From positions 6,588,613 to 6,652,612 of the forward strand of contig NC_092392.1 of NCBI RefSeq assembly GCF_030028105.1: a DNA stretch of 64,000 nucleotides, in the 5' to 3' direction. The position numbers and the translations under genes are program-made. Below, one piece after another: positions 61,580 to 64,000 of the stretch. The stretch is from Mobula birostris (taxonomy: Eukaryota). Below the pieces are notes generated by a model. It had not been told where the DNA came from, searched no databases, and saw only the letters and a program-made list of their open reading frames with translations. How positions within the stretch are numbered: the stretch's first letter is position 1; each line of letters begins with the position of its first letter.

Positions 61580-63440
61580 GTATCCTATTATGGAGCCGAT
61601 CAAAGCACATGCATGAAGTCTCTCAGAAAAAAAATTGTTGATCACAAACTATCAAAAGCTCACACTGCTGCTCTAGGTTTTGAAGATATAGCTAGTGAAG
61701 ATGCTCTTGGAAAATTATGTGACACCATGAATGCTTCGCATCTAAAGGCAACTTGTTCAATTTTTCGTTCTGCATATTATTTAGCTCAGAATGACAGACC
61801 ATACCCTGATCACTTTGGCTTATTGGAACTTCAAAAAAAAAAATGGTATTGACATTGGAATTGCACTGCATTCCCGCACTAGTGCTACGGAGATAATTAA
61901 TCACGTAGCCATTAATATGAAAAAGAAAATTTGCCAGCATATCAAGCAGATAAATGGCAAATTTTCTGTTCTCATTGATGAATCAACAAGCCTGAGCATT
62001 AAGACCGCCCTAATAGTTATTTGAGATGTGAAAGTGATAAGGAAGGTGATCCCCATTTTATGTTTTTAGATCTAACTGAACTGCCTGATCAGAAAGCTGC
62101 AACTATTGCTAAGCATGTATTGAACTGTTTAAATAACCATGGGTTTGATGACTCCTACTTGAAACGGAACCTTGTAGCATTTGCTAGTGATGGGGCAAGT
62201 GTAATGCTTGGTGTCAAATCTGCTGTTGCTAGAATTCTCAAGGAATATTACCCTGATGTGATGATTTGGCACTGTCTTAATCACATATTAGAATTTGCAG
62301 TAGGTGATTCGGTGAGAGAAGTTCATGGAATAAATCATTTTCAATTATTTACAGACAAATTGTACTCTGTTTACAGTAGGTCACCTCTAAATCAAAAAAA
62401 AAACTGTCTGAATGTGCTTCTCAACTAGAACAACAAATTTGCAAAATAGGCCATGTTCTGGGCACCAAGTGAGTAGCTAGCTCATTTTGAACAGTTTCAG
62501 CAGTGTGGCAAAATTATGAAGCACTGTGTTTTCATTTTGAAAAAGCAATGAAGGATGAAACAAGATCTGGGAGTGACAGAAAAACCTATGAAGGTCTGTT
62601 GAAAAGACTCTCTTCAGAACAGTTTCTATTGGTCTTAGCTCTAATGTATGACACGTAGCATGAACTTGGTTTACTGTCAAAGTCTTTACAGAAATGCACT
62701 ACTACGATTGTTTATGCAGGCAAACTGATCACTGCATGGACTGAAAGAGCAATCTGGTACAAAAACTCCAGAAGCTCAAGAGGCAGTTGAAAAGGGGAAG
62801 TTTGGAGAAATTACCTTAACAAACAACAACAAAATTGTCTCCATTAATTATCTACAGTTTCTTACCAGTCTTTTAAACAATTTGCAGCACCGTATGTTCA
62901 CGGCAACATCCTTGAAAGGTTCTCAAACTTCTAAACTTCAAAGTATGTATAAATCCCTGCTAAATGAAATGTGTGTCTTTGATAAAGATATCTGGCCTGC
63001 TGAAATACTGCCTAATTATGGAGAAGCTACAATATCGTCTCTCTGTAAGAGGTTTAAGCTTTGTTCTTCCTCTGTAATAAATGCCTTCAGAGATTATGTG
63101 GAGGATCGTGGATGCCACATCCCCCAAGATTTACGCCCATTACTGAGCTGTTCACAAGTTATTCCTATTAGTCCTGCTGAATGTGAGAGAGGATTCAGTC
63201 ACATAAACTTGATAATAACAACATGCTCAAGAATTCTCAAAAATCATATATCATCATTTATGTTGGTTAACCTCCCCATCCTCCTCTATTTCAGTGAAAT
63301 CCTGAGCCATATGTCACATCAGCAGATGACACCAGGACAAGAGTTGCTTCAGACCCCCAAACACATATTACGCCTGACCCTTTGTGGAAATTATTGTGAA
63401 ACTTCTCATTGGTGGCATTTGGTAAGTACATAATTACTTT
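61580..63440 (+). mobile_element. hAT transposase remnant (ZNF862/KIAA1586-like), frameshifted
   Basis: 'FSVLIDEST', 'AFASDGASVMLG', 'WHCLNHILE', 'PISPAECERGFS'; several frameshifts and stops. Confidence 0.85.
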
Positions 63441-63859
63441 TAAATTGGTAAAGTACATGATTATCATCTTTTTCTTTACTTGCTTGATAATTATATCTTA
63501 TGATAATTAGTGAGTTCAACCGTGCAATACTTTGTCATATCATTAAATTAAGTATTATATGTTTTATTGTACCAGTTATACACTGAAATGTAGTGATAGA
63601 CTATAATCTTGTTAATGTCTTAACTATTACAATAGTTCTGCGGAGCTCTGGAATCCATATATTTCTTTCATCTTGGTTTAATGCTTGACATTATAAGAAG
63701 CCCTTTTATATATATATATCACACCCAATTTGTGTACCTACTCGTTACATGAATGGGGCAAGGAAATTGCCCAGTGCACGAAATGAGCAAGTACACAAAT
63801 TGGGTGTGACATATATATGGAGAGGATATAGGAAATGGCAAGCATGACGGGGGGTGGGT

Positions 63860-63965
63860 GGGGGTGGTGTGTGTGTGTGTGTGAGTGAGTGAGTGAGTGA
63901 GTGAGTGAGAGAGAGAGAGAGAGAGAGTGAGTGTGAGTGTGTGAGCGTGAGCGTGCGTGTGCGAG
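63860..63965. repeat. Compound (GT)n-(GAGT)n-(GA)n microsatellite
   Basis: Direct inspection. Confidence 0.9.
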
Positions 63966-64000
63966 AGCGATTGGGTGAAGGGATTTAGAATATATGTCTA

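Overview
Eukaryotic, repeat-rich vertebrate DNA. The repeat complement (CR1, Penelope-like, Rex1/Babar, L1, Tx1, tRNA-SINEs) suggests a cartilaginous fish, probably a ray (inference). Main result: seven minus-strand exons with canonical GT-AG sites and matching phases join into one stop-free frame of about 957 codons. In order they are a B7-family (HHLA2/VTCN1-like) IgV exon (52605-52952), a transmembrane exon (49276-49422), a 30-nt micro-exon (45350-45379), a NACHT exon (39010-40720), two LRR exons (36393-36479, 36130-36297) and a terminal LRR plus helical-tail exon (30939-31320). This predicts a single-pass membrane receptor with an extracellular IgV domain wired to a cytosolic NLR module lacking CARD/PYD. 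That the exons share one transcript is inferred from splice geometry and needs RNA evidence. The window also holds two orphan legumain prodomain exons (2592-2762, ~8994-9135) around a 5.5-kb 44-bp minisatellite, a CpG island with a splice donor (~16.3-17.0 kb), an ERV env remnant, a full-length decayed L1 with target-site duplication, a rearranged Sleeping-Beauty-like Tc1, hAT, Tigger, Chapaev-like and RNase-H LINE fossils, and young tRNA-SINEs. Exon boundaries were read by hand; repeat boundaries are approximate.
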